A DNA stretch of 63,812 nt, filler included, from an uncultured bacterium (GTDB lineage Bacteria > CAZSTA01): NCBI GenBank assembly GCA_964609495.1. It is 3 parts of 3 records of this genome, joined end to end, with 100 filler letters (N's around TTAATTAATTAA, not from the genome) between each part and the next. Parts side by side here need not be neighbours in the genome. Positions count along the whole stretch, not along the records: positions 1 to 22,064 come from CAZSTA010000039.1; 2 more parts are not named here. The stretch is one strand, 5' to 3'. Each line of letters starts with the position of its first letter. Position 1 is the stretch's first letter. The notes beneath the pieces were generated by a model that ran no database searches, was not told where the DNA came from, and saw only the letters and a program-made list of their open reading frames with translations. Of the stretch, positions 1 through 10,514 are shown piece after piece. The position numbers and the translations under genes were made by a program.

Positions 1-2
1 GG

Positions 3-833
3 ATTAGCACCGGTAGAGATAAGATATATTTGGTGAACTCTAGGGAAAACAATATATCGGTAATAGATACGGTGACCAATAAACTCAGAACTACCATCGA
101 GTCGGTAGGATCTCGCCCTCTAAGGATAGCTATAACCAATGATAACTCTCGGGCTTACTTTTCAGTCTCTGGTGAGGATATTATTAGGGTAATAGATGTG
201 GCTACCGATACTTTGTTAGGTATTCGTATCAAAGTTGGAGATGAACCCCATGGGTTGGTAATATCCGAGGATGACAAGTGGTTATATGTGGCTAATTTTC
301 TCAGCAATGATATCTCGGTGGTGGATCTATCAACAAATAAGGAAGTGAAGAGGATACTAACTGGGGCAGGTCCAGAGGATTTGGTAATTAATGCTAATAT
401 CATCTATGTGACTAACTTCTCGGCGGAAACTGTCTCTATGATAGATCGAGGGTCGCTGAAGGTGATAGGAACTCTTAACGTTGGGGGAAATCCTTATGGA
501 ATTCTCTATTATGATCGTCTATATGTTACTAATTATTCTAACAATAATATATCTTCCATAGCTTTAAGCGATAGAATAGATATTAAGATTCTACCTTCTG
601 GAGCGAAGCCTACTATAATCAAAAAATCTGAGCTCAAAAGTCAGATATATGTTATTAATCAGGGAAGTTCGAGTGTCACAGTGATATATGAAGGAGCTGT
701 CGCAGTGGATAGGGCAATAGATGTAAAGGGGATTCCTAGAGCAATAACTCTATCTCGAGATGGGAATAGAGCTTATATAGCAGTGGTTAGGGATGGGGGA
801 AGCATGATATTAGTCGTGGATGTATCAGGATAG
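3..833 (+). CDS. YVTN/YncE-family beta-propeller repeat protein (5' truncated by window edge)
   Basis: Repeated YV(A/T)NxxSxxISVID...VGxxP units; frame is open back to base 3, so the true start lies upstream. Confidence 0.85.
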   Translation: MSTGRDKIYLVNSRENNISVIDTVTNKLRTTIESVGSRPLRIAITNDNSRAYFSVSGEDIIRVIDVATDTLLGIRIKVGDEPHGLVISEDDKWLYVANFLSNDISVVDLSTNKEVKRILTGAGPEDLVINANIIYVTNFSAETVSMIDRGSLKVIGTLNVGGNPYGILYYDRLYVTNYSNNNISSIALSDRIDIKILPSGAKPTIIKKSELKSQIYVINQGSSSVTVIYEGAVAVDRAIDVKGIPRAITLSRDGNRAYIAVVRDGGSMILVVDVSG

Positions 834-853
834 CTTGAGAGGGGAGCGCGCGA

Positions 854-882
854 TTGACATAATATCATTAATATGTTATACT
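854..882 (+). promoter_or_regulatory. sigma70-type promoter for ilvD
   Basis: TTGACA-17nt-TATACT with TG extension. Confidence 0.7.
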
Positions 883-957
883 TACTGTGATTTGCTAGTT
901 TTGCTCCCCTGATACATATCTTTTTTAATAAAGTGATGATAGAAAGGAGATTTCCCA

Positions 958-2610
958 ATGATAAGTGATATGGTGAAGAAAGGACTACAGCGTGCTGGCC
1001 AAAGATCGCTTTTATATGCTACTGGATTGACCAGGGAAGCCCTAGATCGACCTTTTATAGGAGTTGCTACTAGCTTCTCCGACATAGTGCCTGGTCATAT
1101 AGGAATGCGAGATTTAGAGAGGTTTATCGAAAAGGGAGTGCATTCCGGAGGGGGGACATCATTCCTCTTTGGAGTGCCAGCTATATGTGATGGAATAGCT
1201 ATGGGACACCTGGGGATGCGTTACTCCTTAGCTTCCCGAGAATTGATAGCCGACTCAGTGGAAGCTATGGCGAGAGGCCATGCCTTTGATGGTTTAGTTC
1301 TTCTAACTAACTGTGATAAGATAACTCCTGGGATGTTAATGGCGGCTGCTCGATTGGATATTCCTTGTATCGTAGTCACCGCTGGCCCTATGCTCTCTGG
1401 ACATTTCAAGGGGAGAAGATTATCCTTAGTTCGTGATACCTTCGAGGGTGTTGGTATGGTCAACGCCGGGAAGATGACCGAGGAAGAGCTGTCCTATCAA
1501 GAGATCGAGGCCTGTCCTGGGGTGGGAAGTTGTCAAGGACTATATACGGCTAATACTATGGCTTGTATAACTGAGGCTTTAGGGATGTCCCTGCAAGGTT
1601 GTGGAACTGCTCTGGCAGTTTCATCTAAGAAGAGGAGAATCGCCTTCGATAGCGGTGTGAGGATAGTCCAATTGATAAGAGAGGGGATAACCCCTAAGAA
1701 GATAATGACTAAGGAAGCCTTCGAAAATGGGATTCGCGTAGATATGGCTTTAGGAGGATCTACCAACACCGTCCTCCATATTCCCGCGATCACCTATGAG
1801 GCGGAGGTTGATATCGAGTTAGAGTTATTCGATGAGATCAGCAGGGATACTCCTCATATCTCTAATCTAAGGCCAGGAGGAGATCACTTTCTTGAGGATT
1901 TAGAATATGCAGGTGGAATTCCCGCGGTGCTAAGTGTGCTAAAGGATAAGCTGAATGATTGTCCAACCGTCACTGGAAAGACTATCTTAGAGATAGCAGA
2001 AGAAGCGGGGGTGGTAGATCCTGAGGTGATCAGGAGCTTTGATAATCCTTATCATCCTGAGGGAGGGATCGCGATATTGCGAGGGAATCTAGCTCCTGAT
2101 GGCTCAGTGGTAAAACGGAGCGCAGTTGATGAGGGGATGATGCAGTTCGAGGGTAAAGCTAAGGTATTCTCATCCGAGGAAGGGGCTATGGAGGCAATTA
2201 TGAACAATAAGATCGAGGCGGGAGATGTAATCGTCATTCGCTATGAGGGTCCTAAGGGGGGCCCAGGAATGAGGGAGATGCTTGCTCCTACCTCCGCTAT
2301 CGTAGGAAAGGGATTAGATAAATCAGTTGCTCTTCTGACCGATGGGAGATTCTCCGGCGGGACAAAGGGCCTTTGCATAGGACATATCTCTCCTGAAGCG
2401 ATGGAGGGAGGTCCTATCGGTCTTGTGAAGGAGGGGGACAGAATAAAGATCGACATCCCTAATAGGAGAGTTGATCTTCTGATAGACGAACAAGAGATGA
2501 AGAGCAGGAGAGAGGCTTTCAAACCGTTAGAGGCGAAGATGAAGAGGGGATACCTAGCTCGATATATTAAGCAAGTTAACTCAGCAGATAAAGGAGCGAT
2601 TCTCAGCTAG
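958..2610 (+). CDS. ilvD: Dihydroxy-acid dehydratase
   Basis: [33 protein letters not shown] and TDGRFSG motifs; SD AAAGGAG. Confidence 0.97.
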   Translation: MISDMVKKGLQRAGQRSLLYATGLTREALDRPFIGVATSFSDIVPGHIGMRDLERFIEKGVHSGGGTSFLFGVPAICDGIAMGHLGMRYSLASRELIADSVEAMARGHAFDGLVLLTNCDKITPGMLMAAARLDIPCIVVTAGPMLSGHFKGRRLSLVRDTFEGVGMVNAGKMTEEELSYQEIEACPGVGSCQGLYTANTMACITEALGMSLQGCGTALAVSSKKRRIAFDSGVRIVQLIREGITPKKIMTKEAFENGIRVDMALGGSTNTVLHIPAITYEAEVDIELELFDEISRDTPHISNLRPGGDHFLEDLEYAGGIPAVLSVLKDKLNDCPTVTGKTILEIAEEAGVVDPEVIRSFDNPYHPEGGIAILRGNLAPDGSVVKRSAVDEGMMQFEGKAKVFSSEEGAMEAIMNNKIEAGDVIVIRYEGPKGGPGMREMLAPTSAIVGKGLDKSVALLTDGRFSGGTKGLCIGHISPEAMEGGPIGLVKEGDRIKIDIPNRRVDLLIDEQEMKSRREAFKPLEAKMKRGYLARYIKQVNSADKGAILS

Positions 2611-2802
2611 CTTATAAGCTTTTTAAGAGAGCAAGCGGAGAAAAGTGTAATGCCTCTTAATAAATTGGTTAAATTAATAGAATTAGTTCTAATCTGATTT
2701 TCTCTATCAACCAAGCTGGAAAGGGGAACTAGGGAGAGGAGATTCGAAAAAACAAAGAGTAGTTAGATATCTAGAGTGGATAACTACTCTTTATTATATG
2801 GG

Positions 2803-3225
2803 TTACTCTGCATCTTCTTCAGGATGAAAGAACATAACCTCTTTGGAAGATCGCTTCATACTCTGTTGCTCTGCTTTCTTCTTACATTCAACACATTTAG
2901 TAGCGGTAGGAAGTATCTCCAAGCGTTCCAAACTGATCGGCTTACCACATTCCTCGCATATCCCATAAGTCCCTCTATCTATCTTAGCTAACGCCTCATC
3001 GATTTCCGCTAAATGATCGGCTACATATTCCTCCAAAGATAAACCCATCTCTAACGTTGAAACCTCTCTGGCAATATCTATAAGATCAGAAGTACGCTCT
3101 GAGAATAGCTCGGTGACCTGCTTCATTCCTTTATTCCGAGACCTCTTCTTAGTAGCCTTATTGAGTATTTTATTCTTTTCTTTAAGCAATATCTCTCTAA
3201 ACATCTCTAGATGTTCTCTTTCCAT
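2803..3225 (-). CDS. TraR/DksA C4-type zinc finger protein
   Basis: Coiled coil with DLIDIA (DxxDxA), then GTYGICEECG...RLEILP...CVEC. Confidence 0.9.
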   Translation of the reverse strand: MEREHLEMFREILLKEKNKILNKATKKRSRNKGMKQVTELFSERTSDLIDIAREVSTLEMGLSLEEYVADHLAEIDEALAKIDRGTYGICEECGKPISLERLEILPTATKCVECKKKAEQQSMKRSSKEVMFFHPEEDAE

Positions 3226-3272
3226 CGCTCACCTCTGATGACTTACGAACTGTTAGTTACATAGTAAGTGAG

Positions 3273-3301
3273 ATTATACTTTTTTTCATCTCATTTGTCA
3301 A
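3273..3301 (-). promoter_or_regulatory. sigma70-type promoter for the DksA-like gene
   Basis: TTGACA-17nt-TATAAT on the minus strand. Confidence 0.75.
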
Positions 3302-3467
3302 ATTGAGGGATAAGTTTATCTATCCTATTAAAGAGCATATAAGGTTATATAGGAAAAATATACCTTTAATAATCAGATTATCTCCATTTTACTCGAAAAA
3401 CCTCTTCTGTTCATAGCAGTGCGACGCAGAACGAGGCAAGTCTCAGGGTTTTCTTAGCACCGATATT

Positions 3468-3497
3468 ATAGCCCCACGAATTTATTCGTGGGGTTAT
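3468..3497. repeat. REP-like palindrome or terminator downstream of the FHA gene
   Basis: ATAGCCCCACGAAT-TT-ATTCGTGGGGTTAT, 14-bp stem with one G-T pair. Confidence 0.6.
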
Positions 3498-3551
3498 ATT
3501 TGTCAGAGGCCATCATATATATAATCTCAAAAACCCCCGATTCTTGGACAT

Positions 3552-4019
3552 TCACCTAATCTGAAATCTCAATATCGTTCTTCCTAGCTTAATTAAGTAA
3601 CCATTATCTAATAAAGCTTTTCCTATAACTCTTTGCCCATTGAGGAAAGTGCCATTGGTACTATTCAAATCCTCTAAAAAGAATTTCCCGTCCTCGAATA
3701 TCACTCGAGCATGATGACGAGAGACGAATTCATTCTTGATAACGATATCATTAGCATCATCTCGACCAATATCGGTAACCTGTTGTTGTAGAACTATCTC
3801 TCGATTCTCCTTATCAGAATTAGCTTTATGTCCCTTATATTCCTCCTCGCTCTCAAGGGCGATCAATTTATCTATCTCTTGTTCGGGGCTCTCACCTGGC
3901 CGATTCAAAATCATTAATTTAGCCACAGGTACGCTACTATCTCCTAATCTAGCACCACATTTACTGCAGAAAGCACTATTTTCCTCATTCATAAATCCAC
4001 AAGACTGACATCGCCGCAT
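3552..4019 (-). CDS. Zinc-ribbon plus FHA domain protein
   Basis: N-terminal CxxC...CxxC; FHA motifs IGR, VSRHHA, DLNSTNGTFLNG. Confidence 0.92.
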   Translation of the reverse strand: MRRCQSCGFMNEENSAFCSKCGARLGDSSVPVAKLMILNRPGESPEQEIDKLIALESEEEYKGHKANSDKENREIVLQQQVTDIGRDDANDIVIKNEFVSRHHARVIFEDGKFFLEDLNSTNGTFLNGQRVIGKALLDNGYLIKLGRTILRFQIR

Positions 4020-4048
4020 TCGAAAATCACTCTCCCTGCTGATCGCTC

Positions 4049-4345
4049 CTACTCTTTTATGAGCTTCTCCTTCTCCCTTTGAGCTTTCTCTATACTTTGA
4101 CGCACTTCAGTATTATCTGGCTCCATCTTTAGAACCTTTTCCCAAGCTGCGATCGCCTCATCTAACTTGCCCTTCTTATAATATACCAATCCCAATCTAT
4201 AATTAATCATAGAGGAACTTATAGTTCTCTGGGTAGCTTTTATCGATATCTCTGGAGCATCCACCAATTTGGCTCCACATTGATTACAAAATCGACTCGA
4301 GTCAGCGAACTCAGCCCCACATCTAGGGCATACCCTATTAGCCAT
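4049..4345 (-). CDS. Zinc-ribbon plus TPR protein
   Basis: CPRCG...CNQCG followed by one TPR (YRLGLVYYKKGKLDEAIAAWEKVLKMEP). Confidence 0.85.
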   Translation of the reverse strand: MANRVCPRCGAEFADSSRFCNQCGAKLVDAPEISIKATQRTISSSMINYRLGLVYYKKGKLDEAIAAWEKVLKMEPDNTEVRQSIEKAQREKEKLIKE

Positions 4346-4518
4346 AACTGCCTCACTCCTTGTGAGTAAATTCCTTTAATTAAATTAGTTAGGTAGAATT
4401 TCAAATCATTATCACCCCGTCATATAGATATGGTCGCTCTTACACTCTGGCAACTTCCCCCATGATCTTGCTTTTTAGAGAATAACTACTGAATGAGAAG
4501 ACAGCCAATGACTAAAGG

Positions 4519-5304
4519 TTATACATAGACAGAGACTGATTCAGGAAGAATAGGAATGATCTGAGACCTCATTATGGAGAAAAAAGCTTCTACAACTTCT
4601 GGATCGAAGTGCTTTCCAGAGCCCTTTTTGATCTCATTTAGAGTATAAGCCCAAGATATAGCCCTGCGATAGGGACGATCCGTTGTCATTGTATCCAAAG
4701 CATCAGTAAGTTTTATTATTCTAGCTCCTAGGGGAATCTCCTCTCCCTTCAGCCCCTCGGGATATCCCATCCCATCCCAACGCTCATGATTATATTTAAC
4801 TAATAGAGCAACCTCTTGTAATTGCTCTATAGGGGAGATTATATTAGCTCCAATTATTATATGACTCCTCATAATTACCCATTCCTCAGCGGTGAGAGGG
4901 CCGGGTTTCAGCAGAATATCATCCCTTATTCCGATCTTCCCGATATCATGTAATAAAGCTCCTCGTTCCAATATATCGAGATCTTTTCCCGAGAGACCCA
5001 TATATCTCCCGATACGCAAACTATATTGAGCTACCCTCTCGGAATGACCCTTAGTATATGGATCTCTAGCATCTAGGGCTGTCGCCAGAGCTCTAATGGT
5101 AGAGGTAAAGAGCTCATTTAATTTCCTGATTTGACTGACAAATTCCGCATAAGCTATGTTAGATTCCTCTATAGTAGATTGCAATTGTTTGTATACCATC
5201 TCCAGCTCATCTAAGTAGGAATAATTCTCTTCCTCCAGATTCTTTATCTGCTCTTCTAAGATCTTGATCTTCTTATTCTCCCCTTCCCACCTCAGAAGTT
5301 TCAT
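4519..5304 (-). CDS. HD-GYP domain phosphodiesterase-like protein with N-terminal coiled coil
   Basis: YTKGHSERV, LHDIGK, HERWDGMGYP and DRPYR motifs; ATG at 5304 overlaps the rnhB stop (ATGA). Confidence 0.9.
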   Translation of the reverse strand: MKLLRWEGENKKIKILEEQIKNLEEENYSYLDELEMVYKQLQSTIEESNIAYAEFVSQIRKLNELFTSTIRALATALDARDPYTKGHSERVAQYSLRIGRYMGLSGKDLDILERGALLHDIGKIGIRDDILLKPGPLTAEEWVIMRSHIIIGANIISPIEQLQEVALLVKYNHERWDGMGYPEGLKGEEIPLGARIIKLTDALDTMTTDRPYRRAISWAYTLNEIKKGSGKHFDPEVVEAFFSIMRSQIIPILPESVSVYV

Positions 5305-5981
5305 GGAAAACACCATTCCTTAACCCGAGAAAATGTCCTTCGATGCACGGCACAGGGACCATACTTCTCTATAGCTTGAATATGTCTTTTAGTAGGATAA
5401 CCTTTATGTTGAGCAAAACCGTATTGAGGATAACTCTCATCCAATTCCTCCATTATCCTGTCCCTGGTAACCTTAGCTACTATCGAGGCTGCTGCTATCG
5501 ATCCACAGAGACTATCACCATGGATAACCCCTTCTTGCTGAACTTTCAAATCGGGAATAACTACCGCATCTAGTAATAGATATTGAGGAGTAATGCTTAA
5601 ATTTTTATAGGCTCTTCTCATAGCCGAATAAGTAGCCTGTAATATATTTATTCTGTCTATCTCCTGGGAATTCGCCATCCCAACTCCAATATCTAGGGCT
5701 AAATTGTATATCTTTTCATACAACCCTTCTCGCCTTTTCGCGCTTAATTTCTTGGAATCATTTAATCCTTCTATATAAATTTTATCTGGTAAGATAACCG
5801 CGGCTGCCACTACTGGTCCTGCTAAGGGCCCTCTTCCCGCCTCATCTATTCCCGCGATTATCTCATATCCCTTTCCCCTAAGATGTCTTTCGTAGGAGAA
5901 GAGATATTCTAATCTCTTCCACTCTGGAAGGGAGTTTTGGGTATAAAATGAACACTCGAGCGGAAGGGATTTAATCGCCAT
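5301..5981 (-). CDS. rnhB: Ribonuclease HII
   Basis: GIDEAGRGPLAGPVVAAAV, LNDSKKLS, SIAAASIVAKVTRD, HKGYPT. Confidence 0.97.
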   Translation of the reverse strand: MAIKSLPLECSFYTQNSLPEWKRLEYLFSYERHLRGKGYEIIAGIDEAGRGPLAGPVVAAAVILPDKIYIEGLNDSKKLSAKRREGLYEKIYNLALDIGVGMANSQEIDRINILQATYSAMRRAYKNLSITPQYLLLDAVVIPDLKVQQEGVIHGDSLCGSIAAASIVAKVTRDRIMEELDESYPQYGFAQHKGYPTKRHIQAIEKYGPCAVHRRTFSRVKEWCFP

Positions 5982-6546
5982 TTATCTCTTCCTCCCCTCT
6001 CAGGAATCTGAATCTACAGAGTGGCCACCAGACGAGGGAAGCTTTACCGATTATACTCTTCTCGTTTATGGGGCCCCACCAACGACTATCGCTGGAATTA
6101 TTACGGTTATCCCCTAAGACGAATACCTCGCCCTTTCCCAATTTCCATTTATTAATTACAAAGCTATGAGGCGTCTTCTTAAGATAAGGTTCTTCTAACT
6201 CTCTCCCATCTATAAATATAGCTTCGGAATGATCGGAGTTAGCTTTTATAGATACAACTTGCCCCTCAACCCCTATCACCCTTTTGATATAGGGATAGCG
6301 GTTTAGACTCTTAATAGGCGGATAGAAAATGATGATATCCCCTTGGGAAGGGGCCTTGAAGTGATAGACTAATTTATTTACAAATATAATCTCTCCGCTC
6401 CGGAGGGCAGGCTCCATTGAACGACCTTCTACTCGAACGGTCTGTAACACAAAGATCCGCAAGATAAAGGCTACTAAGGCGGCGATCAAGACCGTTTTCG
6501 CTATGTTCCTTATGAAACTTTCACTGCCCGAACTATCGTCGTCCAT
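5971..6546 (-). CDS. lepB: Signal peptidase I
   Basis: TM helix, SMEP catalytic Ser, IKRVIG Lys, GDNRNNSSDSR. Confidence 0.95.
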   Translation of the reverse strand: MDDDSSGSESFIRNIAKTVLIAALVAFILRIFVLQTVRVEGRSMEPALRSGEIIFVNKLVYHFKAPSQGDIIIFYPPIKSLNRYPYIKRVIGVEGQVVSIKANSDHSEAIFIDGRELEEPYLKKTPHSFVINKWKLGKGEVFVLGDNRNNSSDSRWWGPINEKSIIGKASLVWWPLCRFRFLRGEEEINGD

Positions 6547-6555
6547 TTTCCTTCC

Positions 6556-6906
6556 TTACCTAACTATTTTTTTTGCAGGAACTCTAGCGGCTTTACCTAC
6601 TTTCTCCCGCAGGTAGTAAAGTTTAGCCCTTCTTACTTTTCCTCTTCTCAATACCTCGATCTTCTGAATTTTAGGGGAATGAAGGGGAAAGACCCTTTCT
6701 ATTCCGACCCCAAAAGATACCCTTCTTACCGTGAAGGTCTTTCGAGTTCCTCCTCCCTTTATCCTTATAACTACCCCTGTAAAAGCTTGAACCCTTTCCC
6801 TTCCACCTTCTACCACTTTGACGTGTACCTTGACAGTATCACCTGGCCCGAAATCTGGTATCTCATTCTTTGTGTTCTGTCCCTCGATCAGTTTTATCAG
6901 ATCCAT
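6556..6906 (-). CDS. rplS: 50S ribosomal protein L19
   Basis: [25 protein letters not shown]; operon context. Confidence 0.98.
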   Translation of the reverse strand: MDLIKLIEGQNTKNEIPDFGPGDTVKVHVKVVEGGRERVQAFTGVVIRIKGGGTRKTFTVRRVSFGVGIERVFPLHSPKIQKIEVLRRGKVRRAKLYYLREKVGKAARVPAKKIVR

Positions 6907-6911
6907 ACCGA

Positions 6912-7676
6912 CTACTTACCCTCCTTATTTTCCATTTCCAATCTTAACTGCCTCAAAATCATCTCATCCTCTGCCGATAGTTTTGCACTTTCCAATAGCT
7001 CTGGCCTTCTCTTTAAAGTCTTTTTTAGTGCCTCCTTCCTCTGCCAGAGCCTAATGCGTTCGTGATCTCCAGATAATAGAACCTCGGGGACCTTCATACC
7101 TCTGAACTCCCTGGGTCTGGTGTAATGAGGATGATCCAAAATCCCTTCGAAAAAAGAATCCCTTTTGGGAGAGTCCTCCCTTCCCAAAACCCCCGGAAGC
7201 AAGCGAACTACCGCATCTACAATGACCAGAGTGGGCAATTCGCCCCCGGTTAGGACATAATCGCCTAGGGAGATCTCATCATCAACAATAGCACGAATCC
7301 TCTCATCCACTCCCTCATAACGCCCACAAATGATCACCAACCACTCCTCCTGAGCTAATTCCTTAGCTTTCTTTTGATCGAAGACTCGCCCCTGGGGAGA
7401 GGTCAGGATCACTTTAGCTCTATGAGGAAGCATCGGGTCGTCTCCTAACACATGTTCTAAGGCGGCGAAGATGGGCTCCACCTTCAAGACCATACCCTCT
7501 CCACTGCCAAAAGAATAGTCATCCACTACCCTATGTTTATCCTCAGCAAATTCTCTGATGTTATGAAAGTTTATAGTTAATAGTTCTTTTTCTCTGGCTC
7601 GTCCTATTACACTGTGATCTAGAGGCCCTACTAACATCTCGGGAAAGAGAGTCAAGATATCGATACGCATCTTCAT
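6912..7676 (-). CDS. trmD: tRNA (guanine37-N1)-methyltransferase
   Basis: [36 protein letters not shown]. Confidence 0.98.
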   Translation of the reverse strand: MKMRIDILTLFPEMLVGPLDHSVIGRAREKELLTINFHNIREFAEDKHRVVDDYSFGSGEGMVLKVEPIFAALEHVLGDDPMLPHRAKVILTSPQGRVFDQKKAKELAQEEWLVIICGRYEGVDERIRAIVDDEISLGDYVLTGGELPTLVIVDAVVRLLPGVLGREDSPKRDSFFEGILDHPHYTRPREFRGMKVPEVLLSGDHERIRLWQRKEALKKTLKRRPELLESAKLSAEDEMILRQLRLEMENKEGK

Positions 7677-7682
7677 CCCCCC

Positions 7683-8198
7683 TCAGTTCCCCTCAAAAAG
7701 GCCGGCCAGAGGATGAATTATCATCTCCCCTCTCTCAATATCTATTTTCTTAATTACCTCCTTAATAGCTGGAAGCAACCAACTATCCCCCTCCTTCTGG
7801 ACCTCATAAACATCGTTGCTCCCTGTCCCCATTACGCCTCTAATTATACCTAGATAGGTCCCATCTTCAGCATAAACCTTCAGTCCTAGGATATCGAATA
7901 TATAATAGTGATCTTCAGGTAACTTTAGGACCTCTTTTCTTTCTATCATTATCAACGCATCTTTTAGTTTTAGAGCCTCGTTTATATCGTTAAAACTCTC
8001 AAATTTTATCAATACAAAGTTTTTATGATAGCGAACTTCCTCAATCCTAGCCTCGATCAGCTCTCCTCGCTCTAATTTCAAATATGCTCTCTCTAAGAGT
8101 GAGAATCTCTGAGTATGATCAGTCAACGGCTTGACCTTCACCTCACCCCGTCTTCCGTGAGTCGATAGAACTTTTCCCACAGCCACTAAATCTCTCAT
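7683..8198 (-). CDS. rimM: Ribosome maturation factor RimM
   Basis: VGKVxxxHGxxGEVKV, YYIFDILGLKV, TGSNDVY; operon context. Confidence 0.96.
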   Translation of the reverse strand: MRDLVAVGKVLSTHGRRGEVKVKPLTDHTQRFSLLERAYLKLERGELIEARIEEVRYHKNFVLIKFESFNDINEALKLKDALIMIERKEVLKLPEDHYYIFDILGLKVYAEDGTYLGIIRGVMGTGSNDVYEVQKEGDSWLLPAIKEVIKKIDIERGEMIIHPLAGLFEGN

Positions 8199-8215
8199 AA
8201 TGGTATAGAGGAGAG

Positions 8216-8245
8216 CTGGCTACTGGAGAGCTTCCAGCAACCAGT
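8216..8245. terminator. Intergenic hairpin between khpA and rimM
   Basis: CTGGCTACTGGA...TCCAGCAACCAG imperfect inverted repeat. Confidence 0.35.
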
Positions 8246-8254
8246 ATCTGATAA

Positions 8255-8485
8255 CTAGGGTATGATCTCCACGATCGCTTTCTTGCCTTGTTTAGTCGCA
8301 GCCGCGTTTACTACCGTGCGGATAGCTCTGGCTGTGCGTCCCTGCCTCCCAATGACCTTTCCCATATCACTTGGCGCAACTTGAAGCTCAATCAGAATCG
8401 ATTTTTCTCCTACAACTTCACTTACTTTAACCTCATCTGGATTGTCAACTAAAGCTTTTGCTACCATCTCTACCAATTCTCGCAT
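8255..8485 (-). CDS. khpA: KH-domain RNA-binding protein KhpA/YlqC
   Basis: [18 protein letters not shown]; located between rpsP and rimM. Confidence 0.95.
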   Translation of the reverse strand: MRELVEMVAKALVDNPDEVKVSEVVGEKSILIELQVAPSDMGKVIGRQGRTARAIRTVVNAAATKQGKKAIVEIIP

Positions 8486-8491
8486 AGTGAA

Positions 8492-8791
8492 CTACACCCC
8501 CTCGGAGCAGGCTTCTTCTTTGGATCTATTCTTAAGCTCGAGGAATTTACTCCATATCCCTGCCTTGACTAACAGCTTATGAACCGTTTTAGTGGGCTGG
8601 GCTCCTTTGCTCAGCCAATATAAAGCCCTCTCCTCATTGACGACCAAGGTCATCGGATCAGTGATAGGCGTATAATTGCCTATGTTCTCTACAAATTTTC
8701 CTCTTACCGCAGTTCTAGCATCAGCTATTACTAATCGATAATAAGGTTGCTTATTAGCTCCTATTCTTCTCAATTTGATCTTAAGGGCCAA
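8492..8791 (-). CDS. rpsP: 30S ribosomal protein S16
   Basis: LKIKLRRIG...PYYRLVIAD...WLSKGAQPT; TTG start at 8791 follows SD AAGGAGGTG. Confidence 0.96.
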   Translation of the reverse strand: MALKIKLRRIGANKQPYYRLVIADARTAVRGKFVENIGNYTPITDPMTLVVNEERALYWLSKGAQPTKTVHKLLVKAGIWSKFLELKNRSKEEACSEGV

Positions 8792-8829
8792 GTATAATTT
8801 CACCTCCTTGAATATTTACCGTTATCGAA

Positions 8830-10143
8830 CTATCCTATTCCTATAGGGAATTTTCCTTTGGTAAGTTGCTTGAGCATCTTCTTTGCTTTGAAAAACTGAC
8901 TTAATAACTGATTGACATCAGAGGGATTAGTTCCACTACCTCTGGCAATCCTGCGGCGACGACTACCCCCGATAATACTTGGATTTCGCCTCTCCTCGAT
9001 CGTCATCGAATTTATGATCGCCTCTATCTTATCCAACTGTTTTTCATCGACCTCGACATCTAAGTTCTTAATTTTTCCAAAGCCAGGGATCATACCTAGT
9101 AACTGATCTAAAGGACCCATATTCCGCACCTGGTGCATCTGCTCCAGGAAATCTTCTAAAGTAAACTCAGCTTTCCTTATCTTCCGTTCTAACTCCTCAG
9201 CCCTCTCTCGATCTATCGTTTGCTCAGCTTTCTCGATGAGGCTTAACATATCGCCCATCCCCAAGATACGAGAAGCCATCCGATCGGGATGGAAGGGCTC
9301 TAGAGCATCTAGCTTCTCCCCAGTTCCGATGAATTTGATCGGCTTTCCCGTGACCTCTTTAGCTGAGAGCGCGGCCCCACCTCTAGTATCCCCATCCAAC
9401 TTAGTTAAGATGATCCCATCGATCCCGAGTTGCTCGTTGAAGCTGGAAGCAATGTTGACTGCATCCTGTCCAGTCATCGCATCGACAATTAATAAAACCT
9501 CATTTGGTTTGGCAACTTTCTTTATCTGCCTAAGCTCCTCCATCATCTCATCATCTATATGCAGTCTGCCCGCAGTATCCACTAAGACCATATCACATCC
9601 TTGCTTCAAGGCCGCTCTCTTGGAGGCGTTGACGATATTAGGAGGTGATTGCTTATCACCCATAGTGAATACTGGTATATTCAAGCTTTCTCCTAATACC
9701 TGTAGTTGCTTGATACCCGCTGGACGGTAGATATCGGCTGCGACCAACATAGGATTATGTCCTTGCTTAGAGAAATTTCTCCCCAATTTAGCCACGATAG
9801 TTGTTTTCCCTGAGCCATGTAGCCCTATTACCACCACAACTGTAGGGGGATTAGGGGCAAGGGTAATGCGGCTGGTGCTTCCCCCCATTAGCTCTATCAA
9901 TTCCTCATTCACGATCTTGATGACTTGCTGAGCAGGAGTGAGGCTCTTCATAACCTCCTGGCCGATCGACCTCTCCTTTATTCGAGAGATGAATCTCTTA
10001 ACCACCTTGAAGTTGACATCAGCTTCTAAAAGAGCTAGTTTAACCTCTCTAAGACACGCTTCAACATCGGCCTCGGAGAGCTTCCCTTTTCCTCTCAATT
10101 TATGGAAAATTCCTTGTAACTTATCTGACAGACTAGAGAACAT
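8830..10143 (-). CDS. ffh: Signal recognition particle protein
   Basis: ALLEADVN, GSGKTT, DTAGR, TKLDGDTRGG and M-domain AIINSMT. Confidence 0.98.
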   Translation of the reverse strand: MFSSLSDKLQGIFHKLRGKGKLSEADVEACLREVKLALLEADVNFKVVKRFISRIKERSIGQEVMKSLTPAQQVIKIVNEELIELMGGSTSRITLAPNPPTVVVVIGLHGSGKTTIVAKLGRNFSKQGHNPMLVAADIYRPAGIKQLQVLGESLNIPVFTMGDKQSPPNIVNASKRAALKQGCDMVLVDTAGRLHIDDEMMEELRQIKKVAKPNEVLLIVDAMTGQDAVNIASSFNEQLGIDGIILTKLDGDTRGGAALSAKEVTGKPIKFIGTGEKLDALEPFHPDRMASRILGMGDMLSLIEKAEQTIDRERAEELERKIRKAEFTLEDFLEQMHQVRNMGPLDQLLGMIPGFGKIKNLDVEVDEKQLDKIEAIINSMTIEERRNPSIIGGSRRRRIARGSGTNPSDVNQLLSQFFKAKKMLKQLTKGKFPIGIG

Positions 10144-10176
10144 ATTATGCCTCCTTGAAAATAGGAGTTCTGATAA

Positions 10177-10251
10177 AGTATACTAGATTTTTGCTGTTTT
10201 GTCAAGATTTTGTTTATATTACTTGACACTAAACAATAGTATTGGTATACT
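10177..10251. promoter_or_regulatory. Divergent sigma70 promoters (ffh operon on minus; URO-D/GH locus on plus)
   Basis: Minus: TTGACA(10205)-17-TATACT(10177). Plus: TTGACA(10223)-17-TATACT(10251), with ATAGTAT-N4-ATACTAT palindrome over its -10. Confidence 0.7.
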
Positions 10252-10514
10252 ATAAATAGACAACTAAATATCCGATCAGGCGGAGTTGATAAGCTTATAG
10301 TCTTTAGGTAGTTACTTGGATTATAGATAGCCAATAGTGAAACCGGATACTGACTATGTGAGTGATGTTTTTAATTCTCTTAAGCTTGTTGACTTCGCAA
10401 AATATGCCAATTTGATAGCATAGGGACCTAGGTCCTCCTTCAATTGGCAAGCAGGTATTTGACTGAAGATATAGGATCTCTTTAGAAGCGATACTTTAAA
10501 GGAGGGTTAGTTTA

